DNA of 63,315 nt, the filler included, from Octopus bimaculoides (taxonomy: Eukaryota): the NCBI RefSeq assembly GCF_001194135.2. It is 11 parts of 10 records of this genome, joined end to end, with 100 filler letters (N's around TTAATTAATTAA, not from the genome) between each part and the next. Parts side by side here need not be neighbours in the genome. Positions count along the whole stretch, not along the records: positions 48,480 to 56,669 come from NC_069004.1; positions 56,770 to 58,796 come from NW_026410800.1; positions 58,897 to 61,167 come from NC_069005.1; positions 61,268 to 63,315 come from NC_068996.1; 7 more parts are not named here. The stretch is one strand, 5' to 3'. Every line of letters starts with the position of its first letter. Position 1 is the stretch's first letter. Shown in pieces: positions 50,520 to 63,315 of this stretch. The position numbers and the translations under genes were made by a program. The notes beneath the pieces are model-generated. The model had not been told where the DNA came from. It was given only the letters and a program-made list of their open reading frames with translations, and did not search any database.

Positions 50520-53130
50520 AAATATATTTTTTATATTCTCTCCCTCCCTCCCTCTCTCTCTCTCTCTATATATATATTTCTCTCTCTGTCACTCTGTCTC
50601 TCCCTCTGTTCTTAATCTCTCCTTCTCTCTTTATCTCTCTGTGTATCTGTTACTTACCCTCTTCCTCTCTTTCCATTTATCCCTCTCTTCTTCTCTCTCT
50701 ATCTGTTTTCCTATCTCTCTCCCTCTCTCTGTCCGTCTCTCTCTCTCTCTCTCCCGTTCTCTACCTGTCTCTCTCTTTCTATCTCTATCCCTCTCTTTCT
50801 CTCATTCTCTATCTCCTCCTCATTCTCCCCCCTCTCTATTTCACTTCTCGCCCACTCCTTTTCTCTATCTTCCTGACTATCTCTCTTCCAGTCTGTGTCT
50901 CTCTCCCCCTCTGTTTATCTGTCTCCTTTCTTTCTTTCTCTCCCTCCTCACCGTCTCCTCTCTGTCTCTTTTCTCCCTCTCTCTCCCTCTCTCTTTCTGT
51001 TTTCTCTCTCTCTCTCCCTCCCTCTGTCTCTTTTCTCCCTCTCTCTTTCCCTAACTCCCTCCCTCTCTCCCTCAGTCTATCTATCTCTTTTCTCTCTCTC
51101 CCTCTTTCTTTCCCTAACTCCCTCCCTCTGTCTATCTGTCTCTTTTCTCTCTCTCTCCCCCCATCCCTCACTCAATGTTGTATTTATCAAGATATTACAA
51201 TTATGAATTATTCACACTAAATTAATGAAACAACACAGTTTTTTTTTTTTTCATTTTTCAAAATCATTTTTGCCGCCGGCCATACTCTTTTTTTTATATT
51301 CTCCTTTCCATTGCGCGGATACAGGCAACCGCCACCACCAGCACCAGCACTAACACCACTATCATCATCATCATCATCATCATCATCGTCATCATCATCA
51401 TCATCATCATCGTCATCATCATCATCATCGTCATCATCATCATCGTCATCGTCATCATCATCATCATCATCGTCATCATCATCATCATCATCGTCATCAT
51501 CATCGCCATCATCGTCATCNNNNNNNNNNNNNNNNNNNNNNNNNNNNNNNNNNNNNNNNNNNNNNNNNNNNNNNNNNNNNNNNNNNNNNNNNNNNNNNNN
51601 NNNNNNNNNNNNNNNNNNNNNNNNNNNNNNNNNNNNNNNNNNNNNNNNNNNNNNNNNNNNNNNNNNNNNNNNNNNNNNNNNNNNNNNNNNNNNNNNNNNN
51701 NNNNNNNNNNNNNNNNNNNNNNNNNNNNNNNNNNNNNNNNNNNNNNNNNNNNNNNNNNNNNNNNNNNNNNNNNNNNNNNNNNNNNNNNNNNNNNNNNNNN
51801 NNNNNNNNNNNNNNNNNNNNNNNNNNNNNNNNNNNNNNNNNNNNNNNNNNNNNNNNNNNNNNNNNNNNNNNNNNNNNNNNNNNNNNNNNNNNNNNNNNNN
51901 NNNNNNNNNNNNNNNNNNNNNNNNNNNNNNNNNNNNNNNNNNNNNNNNNNNNNNNNNNNNNNNNNNNNNNNNNNNNNNNNNNNNNNNNNNNNNNNNNNNN
52001 NNNNNNNNNNNNNNNNNNNNNNNNNNNNNNNNNNNNNNNNNNNNNNNNNNNNNNNNNNNNTAACACTAGGTTCATCACTATTTTAATACCGCCATTATCC
52101 GCGGTGATTATTATTATTATTATCATTATTATTATTATCATCATTATTATCATTATTATTATTATTATTATTATTTTCTCCAAGAATTTTCAAATTCTTT
52201 CTGTCATCAGTTTTCACACTTATATTTCTGCTCCAATTCTTCATTTTTCGAGGGACTGTTTTTTTTGTCTTGTTGCTGTTGTTGTTGTTTTTGCTTTCAT
52301 TTCCTCTGTGTTTTTTGTTTTTGTTTTGTTTCTTTGTATTTTCCTTCCTTCCTTGCTTTCTTTCTGTCTTCCTTTTCTTTCTCTCTGTCTTCCTTTTCTT
52401 TCTTTCTTTTCCGAAGTATTATTTCTAATTCATTTCGATTCCGTTCTTCATCACACATACACACGCATATACCAACCATGCGTACATACACATACATACA
52501 TACATACATACATACACATACATACATACATACAGACACACACACACATACATGCATATATACATGCATACATACATACACATCTACATTTTATAAAGCT
52601 ACACACACACGCACACATGAAATCACACAAACCATATATATATACATATACTCACATCTATACATACATATACACTCATATATATATATATGTGTATACA
52701 TTTTTTTAACTCCGTAAGCAAATTCTGAATATACACACAGCTATGCATATATACACACACTTATACATACATACATGCAAAAATTCACACACACACACAC
52801 AGCCATATGTCATAACGTCTTCGAACACACACACATACATACCTTATACACACACAGCCACACGTCTCATGCATACATACACACATACATACATACACAC
52901 ACACACATACATACATACAACTATGAAGACACATTCACACATATTTCATAACTACACACACATACACAAATTATATATACACGCACCCTAAACATACATA
53001 CATGCACTCTATACATACACACACACGCATACATATTTTATAACTTCTTCCACACACACACACACTCACAAACTTAGAGACATTATGCGTACGCATACAC
53101 TACACACACACACACAGTACACACTTTAAT
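50520..53130. repeat. Representative simple-repeat zone: (CT)n, (CAT)n, (ATT)n, (CA/TA)n; similar tracts flank nearly every gap in the window
   Basis: Directly visible; source of the poly-S/L/I/Y/T ORFs in the track. Confidence 0.95.
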
Positions 53131-53489
53131 GCAGACACTTCCTTCTCGCCATCCACCCTCTCCCCGATCCTCTTCCCGCCACCTCATTATACTCCACGTG
53201 TAATCCCACAATGCAATGCAAAAATGCCGAAATAAATTTCCTTCTGTCGGCAAGTCGAAGACAAAAGAGTTAATTTAAAATATGATAAAGAGAAAAATTA
53301 TTGCTATAAATATAAATATAATTAACATAAGGGGTGGAGGCGCTGTAACGAGGTGGCGGAGAGGCAAAATGGCGGGAAGGAAAGGTGGAAAAATGGCAGG
53401 GTTGACAGGGGGGTGGGGTAGCAAGCGAAATCTTTTGTGAAATTCAGTAATAAAAGTTTCAAATTTTTGACACAATGCTAGCAATTTCG

Positions 53490-53890
53490 GCCGGGGGGAG
53501 GGGAGGGAGTCAAATCGATTACATTGACCCTAGTGCTCAACTGGTACACTTTTGATCGACCCCTGAAAGGATAAAAGGCGAAGTCGACCTCGGCCGAATT
53601 TGAACTTCAGTTTCAAAATCGCCTCCCAATATTCTCTCTTGCCAGCGGACCGGAAGCACAGAAGCCATTGTAGAAATTTTAGTTTGATTAGTAAACAATT
53701 CCAGTTTCCAGTTACTCGTAATTTTGCCTCGTGGGAGGCGAGGATGGAAAGACTGCTGACCAGTTCGTTGCGATCCAAGTCAGGTTCACAACAAAAATAA
53801 ACCAAAAACAGACACAAATACAACGCCAAGAAAAGAAAAGAAAAACACAAGCTTACGACCCTCCAAAAGCACGTTCACCTACAGTAATAA

Positions 53891-53931
<41 letters not shown>

Positions 53932-54105
53932 AATGTTTCTTATTTCTTTATTGCCCACAGAGGGCTAAATATATAGGGGACGAACAAGGACATCCAAAGG
54001 GATTAAGTCGATTACATCGACCCCAGTACGTAACTGGTACTCATTTAATCGACCCCGAAAGGATGAAAGGCAAAGCCGACCTCGGCGGAATTTGAACTCA
54101 GAACG
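53490..54105 (-). mobile_element. SINE B fragments (53490-53600, 53995-54105) and a LINE-type 3' tail (53935-53990)
   Basis: Family B reverse-complement motifs; ttatttctttattgcccac is the reverse complement of the tail at about 60925-60945. Confidence 0.7.
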
Positions 54106-54121
54106 TAGCAATAATAATAAA

Positions 54122-54445
54122 CGACGTAGCAATGCCAGGAGATCAATACGTTATCATGAAAGAGAAAAAGTTGGTAAATATGGAGACCTGAGAATTGAGA
54201 TCGCTAAGATGTGGCAGCTACGAGAGTCGAACCTAAAGGTTTTTCCTATTGACATCGAAGCATTGGATTCAATACCACCCAACCTGAAAAAAACATCTGG
54301 AAACTTTTAAAATACCCTACAATCTAGGTGTATTGCGAAAGTCGGCATTACTTGGAACTGCACGCATTTTGCGTAAAGGACCGTCTGTCTGAGGTCCTTC
54401 GTTGTGACTTGACAAACTGTACAAACTCCCGGTAGACACAATATC
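54122..54445 (+). mobile_element. R4/NeSL-type non-LTR retrotransposon 3' fragment (restriction-like endonuclease domain)
   Basis: Frameshifted DVAMPGD...KEKVGKYGDLRIEIAKMW...V.PI.IEAL.SIP...KSALLGTARILRK, the PD-(D/E)xK C-terminal pattern of RLE-clade elements. Confidence 0.75.
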
Positions 54446-54950
54446 TTGGTGATGATGGTGATGATGGTGATGATGGTGATGGTGATGACGTTGGTGGTCG
54501 TGATCGTGATAATGATGATGGAGATGATGGTGATGGTGATGATGATGCCGATGATGATGACGACGACGACGATGATGATAATGATGGTGATGATGATGAC
54601 GATGGTGGTCGTGATGGTGATAATGATGATGGAGATGATGGTGATGATGATGCCAATGATGATGACGACCACGACGACGATGATAATGATGGTGATGATG
54701 ATGGTGGTCGTGATGGTGATAAAGATGATGGAGATGATGAAGATAGTGGTGATCATGATGATGGTGGTGGTAATGATGATGATGATGATGATGTTGATGG
54801 TGATGATGTTAAGAGCGGTGGTGTTTGTGAGGCTTCTGTTTTTGCCGTAGCTACTGATGCTGATGCTGATGCTGCTTTGCTTCTGCCGACGACGACGACG
54901 ACGAAGACGACGACGAAGACGACGACGACGACGACGATGATGATGATGAT
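54446..54950. repeat. Complex (GAT/GGT/GAC)n trinucleotide tract with about 100-110 bp internal duplications
   Basis: ggtggtcgtgat.gtgataa.gatgatggagatgatg recurs near 54492, 54603 and 54702. Confidence 0.85.
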
Positions 54951-55814
54951 AGCGGATAAGAAGGTTTAAAAAAAAGACAATAACATGCTTCAGGTATTGG
55001 AAGACGAAGGAGGATGGCAAACGCCCCCGAATGATAAAAAATAAATTTTAAAAACGCTAAAAAAAAAAAAAAGAAATGTGATCTGGATTCAGTGTTGGGT
55101 GAACTTAAGGGGTGGAGTATGGGGTGTCTTAGTGGGTGGGTGGCAGCAATGGAGGAGAAGGGTTTCCTGTTCGAATGTGTGTGTGTTTGTGTGTCTGTCT
55201 GTTGTAGGTCTGTATGCTCACGTGCATGGTATGATGTGCGCATTGGTGCGTCTATGAATGTGTATGTGTACGGGTTGGGGCACCAGTATAATGGTGGATA
55301 TAACTAGATGCGTACATATAGAATGATGTATATGTCATGCATGTATGTTTGTATTATGCAGTAGGTGGGCAAGTAAGTTTTTATGTATACTCATGTGTCT
55401 CGGTAGGAGTATGCATGTCTCTGCGTCGGTGTGCGCATGTACGTTTATGGTTAGATGTATACGTATGTGTAATGTGTAAGTATATATATATATATATATA
55501 TATGTACGTATAAGAGTAAATGTATGTTTGTCTAGCTATATGTATGGTATATGCAAGTGTATAACTATATGTATTTATGACTGCCTGTGTGTATGTATAT
55601 GTGCATGGGTGGTTACGTAAGTATTGGAACGCGTATGTGTATCCATAAATGCGTATGTTCATGTATATATGTGTATATATGCATATGTATATATATATGA
55701 ATATGTGTCTCTATATGTAGATGTGTATAATTACATATTTGAGAGTATATGTATATGTGCTGTATATGTGTATTTGCATATATACGTGATGTTCATGTAT
55801 AGACAGATGTATAG

Positions 55815-55925
55815 TCGGCCTGAGGATATAGCAGAAGACAGTTGCCCAAGGTGCCCTGCAGTGGGACTGAACCCGGAACAATGTGTTTGGGAGGCAAGCT
55901 TCTTACCACACAGCCACGATGCGAG
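55815..55925 (-). mobile_element. SINE A head fragment within a degenerate (TG/TA)n tract
   Basis: gcccaaggtgcc...gtgggactgaacccggaac...cttaccacacagccac. Confidence 0.75.
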
Positions 55926-56769
55926 TGAGTGTATATGTGTATGTAGTTGTGTGTATATGTGCAGTTGCAGTCGACGTGTGTCTGTGTGTGTGCATTTGTG
56001 TATGTGTGTGCATGTGCCTGTGGTGTATATTCCTGTATGTGCGCAAATGCTTGAGTCTATATGTGCGTTAATGGACATGGGTATGTGTGCGTATGTGTGC
56101 ACATGGCTGTGTGTGTGTGTGTATATGCATGTGTGTGCACATGTGTATATATTTGAGAGTCTACATGTATATTTATTTATGTGTGCGTATAGAGTTTGTA
56201 TGTGAATACGTGTATACGTATGTGTGTGCATTTGTATTTTAGTGTATGTATAGATATAATTGAATGTACGTATGTTTGAGTGTACACACACACACACATG
56301 CTTATACATATATGTATGAGAATGTGTGTGTATATATATTTATACATAGATGTGTGTGTATATATATTTGAGTGTGCGTATAGATATAATTGTATATACG
56401 TGTTTATGTTTGAGTATATGTATATGTGTGTATGTATCTGCGTCTGTATGTGTGTGTGTGTGTAATGAAGCCAACGAGTAATGGATGATGCATGCATGAA
56501 AGAAATCGGGTTGAACACACGACGATAGATTAGAAACTGATGAGAAAAAAAAAATTACGAAAGAGAAATGGTATCGTCATCATCATCACCATCATCATCA
56601 TCGTCAGCTTGATCATCATCATCATCATCATCATCGTCGTCGTCATTCATCACCACCGTCATCATCATCNNNNNNNNNNNNNNNNNNNNNNNNNNNNNNN
56701 NNNNNNNNNNNNNTTAATTAATTAANNNNNNNNNNNNNNNNNNNNNNNNNNNNNNNNNNNNNNNNNNNN

Positions 56770-56975
56770 AACTGTTTCGACTGCTTACCTAAAGAAATCT
56801 GAAGTATAAAAGGAACCTCCTTTGAAACATTCAAAACAACATTGGATAAACTTCTAACGACGATACCAGCCCAGTCAAGTATTGAAGGATACACTCAGGG
56901 AAAATCAGCTGCTACCAACTTGATCATGGACCAATTTCCTGTTATAAAACGGCAATTAACTCGAAAAGAATAAAA
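56770..56975 (+). mobile_element. CR1/L2-type LINE 3' fragment
   Basis: DCLPKEI*...FETFKTTLDKLLTTIPAQSSIEGY, same class as the 24.3-kb element. Confidence 0.65.
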
Positions 56976-57016
56976 GTATAGAATTCGTACAGAATTCGTA
57001 TTTACGTTGAAGGATT

Positions 57017-57913
57017 TGAACAAGGTGAGAGCAAGGACACATCCTTGTTTCACTCCATTGGAGACAGGGAATTGATCAGAGGTCTCTCCGTTGTCCTGTA
57101 CACTTGCCAACATGCCATCGTGTAGTTGTCTTACGATGGTGATGAATTTTCTGGGACATTCATACTTCGCCAAGATTCTCCAAAGACCTTCTCTACTAAC
57201 GGTATCAAAGGCCTTGGTCAGGTCGATTTAGGTGGAGTAGAGGTCGACTTTCTGCTCCCGACACTTCTCCTGCAGCTGTCGAGCAGCAAACACCGTGTTG
57301 ATAGTCCCACGCTCTTTCCAGAAGCCACATTGGCTCTCAGGTAGGAGACCTTGGTCTAGGTGTATAATGAGGCGGTTGACCAAAATTCTAGCCAGGATCT
57401 TACCTGTGATGGACAGCAGTGAAATTCTGCGATGATTGTCGCAGACCTGGTGGTTTCCATTTCGCTTGTAGAGGTGGATGATGAAGGCGTTCTTGAAGTC
57501 TTGAGGCACTGTCTCATGCATCCAGATGAGCTGAAACAGCTGGTGAATTTTCCTGGTCAGGACCATACCACCTTCTTTGAATACTTCAGCTGGGATGGAG
57601 TCCGGACCAGGTGCTTTGCCACTGGACAGTAGGCGGCATACTTTCTGAATTTTCTCCAAAGTTGGTTCTGCGTCCATTGACTCTTCAACGGGGACTTGAG
57701 GTAGCCTATCGATGGCTTCATCATTGATGGTGGAAGGCCTATACAGGACGCTGTCGAAATTTTCAGCCCATCTCTCTAATACCTTTTCCTTGTCGGTGAT
57801 CAGTGTTGCCCCGTCAGCACTAAGGAAGGGAGACAGTTTTCTTGCCGTAGTAGAGCCGTAAACTTCCTTCAAGCTGTCATAGAAATTCTTCATGTCATTC
57901 CTGTCTGCAAAGC
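57017..57913 (-). mobile_element. RTE-clade (BovB-like) LINE, inverted 5' segment of RT
   Basis: GKAPGPDSIP.EVFK, IIHLYKRNG...CDNHRRISLLS, PESQCGF, FVDL-like region, PVSNGVKQGCVLA; frameshifted. Confidence 0.92.
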
Positions 57914-57926
57914 CCTGTCTGCAAAG

Positions 57927-58795
57927 CCCTGTCTCCAACGGAGTGAAACAAGGATGTGTCCTTGCTCCCACCTTGTTCAGCCTTACGTTATCAGTCATGC
58001 TAACAGATGCTTTCAGGGACACAGACATAGGCATCGGCATCAAGTACCGGTTCGACGGTTCAGTTTTCAATCTCGAGAGGCTCAAAGCGAAAACTAAGGT
58101 TTCAGTAGACACCATCAACTACCTCCTGTTTGCCGAGGACTGCGCTCTCAATGCTGCCACTGAGTCCAACATGCAGCATAGCGTTGACTTGTTCTCTGGC
58201 GCCTGTAATAACATTGGCCTTACTTTCAATGCAAAAAAGACTGAGGTAATGTATCAGCCAGCTCCAACCAAGCCCTACATTGAACCCAGCATTACCATCA
58301 ACGAGCAGCGAATGAAAGCGGTAGACAAGTTCACCTACCTTGGTAGCACACTCTCTAGAAATGTCGTCGATGACGAAATCAACGCCAGACTCGCCAAGGC
58401 AAGCGCTGCCTTCGGCAGGCTACGTAAGTCTGTCTGGAACAGGAGGGGGATCACCATCATGACAAAGATCAAGGTGTACCGGGCTGTCGTTCTCACAACA
58501 CTGCTTTACGGCTGCGAGTCCTGGACAGTCTACCAGGAGGCTGAACCACTTTCATACAATATGCCTTAGAAAACCTCTCGGCATAAAGTGGCAGAACAGG
58601 ATCTCAGACACCGAGGTACTAATACGTGCTAACCTGCCCAGCATCCATACCATCTTAATGCAGTTTCAGCTTCGCTGGGCAGGGCACGTAGCTCGCATGT
58701 TAGATGATTGACTACTAAAAAGATTGCTCTTTGGCGAGCTGCAAAAAGGAAAGTGCTCACAAGGCGACCAGAAGAAGCGCTTTCAGGACACACTG
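57927..58795 (+). mobile_element. RTE-clade LINE, sense 3' segment of RT
   Basis: PVSNGVKQGCVLAPTLF...LLFAEDC (YADD-like), KFTYLGSTLS, TTLLYGCESWT, LRWAGHVARM; truncated by a linker gap. Confidence 0.92.
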
Positions 58796-58896
58796 ANNNN
58801 NNNNNNNNNNNNNNNNNNNNNNNNNNNNNNNNNNNNNNNNTTAATTAATTAANNNNNNNNNNNNNNNNNNNNNNNNNNNNNNNNNNNNNNNNNNNN

Positions 58897-58927
<31 letters not shown>

Positions 58928-59054
58928 CCATCACCATCATCATCATCATCGTCATCATCATCATCATCATCGTCATCATCGTCATCATCATCTTCGTCGT
59001 CGTCGTCATCATTACCATCGTCATCGCCGTCATCAATATCTTTATAGCCATTAC

Positions 59055-59092
<38 letters not shown>

Positions 59093-60311
59093 CCATCACC
59101 ATCACCATCATCATCGTCATCATCATCATCATCATCATTATCATCGTCGTCCCCATCATGAGCATCATCATAGCCCTCTTCGTCGTCGTCATCGTCGTTG
59201 TCGCCGTCGTCATCACCATGAACAACGACGACAACAACAGCAACAAAACCAAGAGAAAAAGAAATAACAATAAACAGAAATACATTTAAAACAGCAAAAA
59301 ACAAAATAAAAAGTAAATAAAATACAAACTAATTTTTCTCCTCAGATAATTTCGCTTTATTTCTATCATTATTTTCGTTCGCTTCTTTCGGTCGTTGATC
59401 TAACGCTCATTCATTCACTCCTTTTCTCATTTAAACGCTCGATCGTATCTTAATTATTTCGTTTTTCTCCTCGTTCATTCTTTTATTTTGCCATTCGTTC
59501 ATTCGCTCATTCGTTCATTCGTTCATCCATTGGTTCATTTGTTTATTCTTTCGTCCGTTCGCTCTTTCATTCTTTTGTTCTCTTTTCTTATTCATTCTTT
59601 CAGTCGTTCATTCATTAGTTCAATCAACCATTTGGCCATTTGTTCATTCGTTCATTCTTTCATCAATTTACTCATTCGTTTTTATCTTTCATTTCTTTAG
59701 TCGTAGATTCATTCAATTTTCCATTTGTTTATTTTTATCCTTTCACAATTTAAATCTCTATTTTGTTTTCCACCTGTTCATTCCTTCATTCCTTCATTCT
59801 TTCGTTATTTTATTCATCCATTCGGCCATTCGTTCATTCGATCATCCGTTAAATTCTTCATTTTTTCAGTCCTTCATCCTTTCGTAATTTATATGTTTTC
59901 TTCAGTTATTCGATAATTCCCAATTTCCTTCTTCCACCNNNNNNNNNNNNNNNNNNNNNNNNNNNNNNNNNNNNNNNNNNNNNNNNNNNNNNNNNNNNNN
60001 NNNNNNNNNNNNNNNNNNNNNNNNNNNNNNNNNNNNNNNNNNNNNNNNNNNNNNNNNNNNNNNNNNNNNNNNNNNNNNNNNNNNNNNNNNNNNNNNNNNN
60101 NNNNNNNNNNNNNNNNNNNNNNNNNNNNNNNNNNNNNNNNNNNNNNNNNNNNNNNNNNNNNNNNNNNNNNNNNNNNNNNNNNNNNNNNNNNNNNNNNNNN
60201 NNNNNNNNNNNNNNNNNNNNNNNNNNNNNNNNNNNNNNNNNNNNNNNNNNNNNNNNNNNNNNNNNNNNNNNNNNNNNNNNNNNNNNNNNNNNNNNNNNNN
60301 NNNNNNNNNNN

Positions 60312-60490
60312 ACCTGTATTTCAAAGGGTCAGCCTTGTCACACTGTGTCACGCTGAATATCCCCGAGAACTACGTTAAGGGTACACGTGTCTGTGGAGTG
60401 CTCAACCACTTGCACGTTAATTTCACGAGCAGACTGTTCCGTTGATTGGATCAACTGGAACCCTCGACGTCGTAAGCGACGGAGTGCCAA
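60312..60490 (+). mobile_element. SINE C 3' part
   Basis: Matches 31100-31220 and 33295-33450. Confidence 0.8.
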
Positions 60491-60950
60491 CAATAGCCAT
60501 AGCGAAATAGGATTTGTGGTCGACCGGATTGACAAGGCTGAAGACAGCAGACACTTTCGTCTTTGGCCAAGCACCTCATCAACTTTTTCAAGTTTCACTT
60601 GAAAAGGAAAGTGAGGGAGGAGAGGGGAAATACTCCCTCCCCTCGCAGTAAGTTTCTTAAAAGGTGAATGAATGTCGCAAGAATGGCACAAATGAATGGG
60701 CCTACTCTGAGCATGCGCCTCTAGTGGGGGAGGGTACTTTGCCTGGCGGTCAGGACTGCCGTAGACTTGTGATGCTTCCGCGAGCAGTCCTGGGAGGTCG
60801 CCGTCCTTTGGAGAATTTCGTTCTTATAATCGATTGTTCTTCCTTGTTTACACGACTTTCGTGTAACCCCCAGATTCCATCTGTCCCCGTACTGTCTACA
60901 ATATCTATCAATGTAAACACTTTGTGGCTAATAAAGAAATAATTATTAGT
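60490..60950 (+). mobile_element. L1/Tx1-like LINE 3' end (decayed ORF2 C-terminus, 3' UTR, AATAAA and simple-repeat tail)
   Basis: LINFFKFHLKRKVREER...KFLKR*MNVARMA...TLSMRL*, then aataaagaaata and (CTA)/(TAA)n. Confidence 0.55.
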
Positions 60951-60954
60951 GTCA

Positions 60955-61091
<137 letters not shown>

Positions 61092-61267
61092 CATTGTTAT
61101 TGATATTGTTATTGTTATTGTTACTGTTATTATTATTATTTTTTGTTTTAATTGTTATTCTTATTATNNNNNNNNNNNNNNNNNNNNNNNNNNNNNNNNN
61201 NNNNNNNNNNNTTAATTAATTAANNNNNNNNNNNNNNNNNNNNNNNNNNNNNNNNNNNNNNNNNNNN

Positions 61268-61334
<67 letters not shown>

Positions 61335-61811
61335 CATACACACACACAAATATACACACAGACAGACATATGTACACACACGCGCATGCATACATTCTCT
61401 CTCTCTCTCACACACACACAGACGCGTGTTTATAACGGAATGAAAATATCTGTATATCCTGTTCTTTGAACATTTGTATTAACAGATGTCATAACGTTGT
61501 TAATATTTCTACTTTAAATAAAAACTTTTAATACAAGCGCTTGTTCGTACATCATACACAAACAAACGCTCTCACTCATGCAAATATGATATATATTAAT
61601 ATTTGTTATAAACATATTTACTTACATTTTCAGGATTTTTAACTTTCATGATGTTTCTCCTATTTAAAAATCTAATAATGTAAAAATGCGTATATGCTAT
61701 ATTGTTATATACATACATAAATATATTCATACACTTATTCATTAGTATGTATATGGATGTATGTAAATATGTGTGTGTATTTGTGTGTATGTATCTTTAC
61801 ATACATACATG

Positions 61812-61851
<40 letters not shown>

Positions 61852-61946
61852 TACACGCATTCGCTTATCTTTTAGATTTTCCACTACGTCTTCTCCACTT
61901 AAGCCTCTCTCTTTCTCTCTCTATCTATCTCTCTCCCTATCTGTGC

Positions 61947-61990
<44 letters not shown>

Positions 61991-62180
61991 CTCCCTCCCT
62001 CCCTCTCTCTCTCTCTCCCTCTCTCTCTATCTGTTTCTCTCTCTCTCTCTCTCACGCACACACATAGACACACTATTTGTCTATATTTTTCTATTTCTAT
62101 CTCTCTTTCATCGTCTCTCTCTCTCTCTTTCTCTCTTTGTCTATCTATCTATCTATCTATCTATCTATTTATTTATCTAT

Positions 62181-62240
<60 letters not shown>

Positions 62241-62652
62241 TTGTCTATCTATCCATCCATCCATCCATCCATCCATCCATCCATCCATCTGTCTGTCTAT
62301 CTATTTATCTATCTATGTGCATTTTTTCACTCAGTCCCTTAATTTACTTTAAACCAAGCCTCTTTCTCGCTCCCTCTCCCTTCTCTCCTCTTCTCTCACC
62401 CTCTCACCCCTCCTCTCTTTCCCTCTCTTCTTCTTCTCTCTCTCTCCTTGTCTCACCCTCAATCCTCCCCTCTTCTCTCTCTGTCTCTTTTTCTCTTTAA
62501 ATCACTGTCTCGTTCAAACTCTTTTTCTCTTCCCACTCTTTCTTCTTAATTTCCCTTTTCTCATTTTCCCTTGCCAACTCATACACGCGTACACACAGCA
62601 CCTACTCTTTCTCTCTCTCTCTTTCTCTCCTTCTTTCNNNNNNNNNNCATAT

Positions 62653-62701
<49 letters not shown>

Positions 62702-62818
62702 TATATATATACATACATATATATATATATACACACATATATATACTTACATATATATACACACATATATATATATACATACATACATATATACATACAT
62801 ATATATACATACGTAGGG

Positions 62819-63315
62819 TATGGGTTTGTGCCTGGGAAAAGCACCACTGATGCTATATTTCTGGTAAGACAGCTTCAGGAGAAATACCTAGCCAAGGATA
62901 AGCCTCTGTTCCTGGCTTTCGTTGATATGGAGAAAGCCTTTGACAGGGTCCCCCGATCTCTCATCTAGTGGTCAATGAGGAAACTAGGGATAGAAGAATG
63001 GTTAGTGAGAGCTGTGCGAGCCATGTACAGAAATTCTGTCAGTAAAGTGAGGGTTGGCAGAGAGTACAGTGAAGAATTCCGGGTGGAGGTAGGGGTCCAC
63101 CAAGGTTCTGTCCTCAGCCCCGTCCTATTTATCATAGTTCTCCAGGCTATAACAGAGGAATTCAAGACAGAATGCCCCTGGGAGCTCCTCTATGCTGATG
63201 ACCTTGCACTAATTGCTGAGTCACTATCACAATTAGAGGAGAAGTTTCAGGTATGGAAGCAAGGACTAGAATCGAAAGGCCTTAGAGTCAACCTAGCTAA
63301 AACCAAAGTCCTCAT
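62819..63315 (+). mobile_element. RTE-clade LINE RT fragment, different subfamily from the 57-kb element; runs off the window
   Basis: [14 protein letters not shown]...[12 protein letters not shown]...GVHQGSVLSP.LF...LLYADDL; one premature TAG at 62966-62968. Confidence 0.93.

Noticed and set aside
58845-59304. Poly-Asp/poly-Met ORFs, and similar poly-Ser, Ile, Val or Leu ORFs at 32.1, 50.3, 51.3, 54.3 and 61.8 kb
   Set aside because: Frames of trinucleotide or dinucleotide microsatellites with no complex sequence or splice support.
60750-60760. CAGGACTGCC shared between the L1/Tx1-like UTR and the 357-bp unit
   Set aside because: Only a 10-mer with no flanking similarity; expected by chance.

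Overview
AT-rich, microsatellite- and retroelement-dense animal DNA from a fragmented scaffold, with many N gaps. Ten of the gaps are 100-bp artificial linkers (44N-TTAATTAATTAA-44N). The SINE/LINE repertoire and simple-repeat load suggest an octopus genome (inference). Only one protein-coding feature is secure: the large terminal coding exon of an IRF2BPL/IRF2BP-family gene (2125-3206, minus). Its N-terminal zinc-finger exon(s) are not in the called bases. The rest is mostly several tRNA-derived SINE families, decayed LINEs (RTE, CR1/L2-like, L1/Tx1-like, R4-like), a mariner relic, palindromic MITE-like elements and simple repeats. The most unusual features are: (1) a 766-bp foldback built from a circularly permuted, hairpin-rich 357-bp unit; (2) five scattered minimal hammerhead-ribozyme-like motifs of the Penelope/retrozyme type; (3) an RTE LINE with twin-priming-style 5' inversion; (4) a spacerless 148-bp palindrome and a pre-miRNA-like hairpin; (5) a sharp CpG-density step at about 12 kb. 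I find no confirmed new biological system. Counts and alignments were done by eye and repeat boundaries are approximate.
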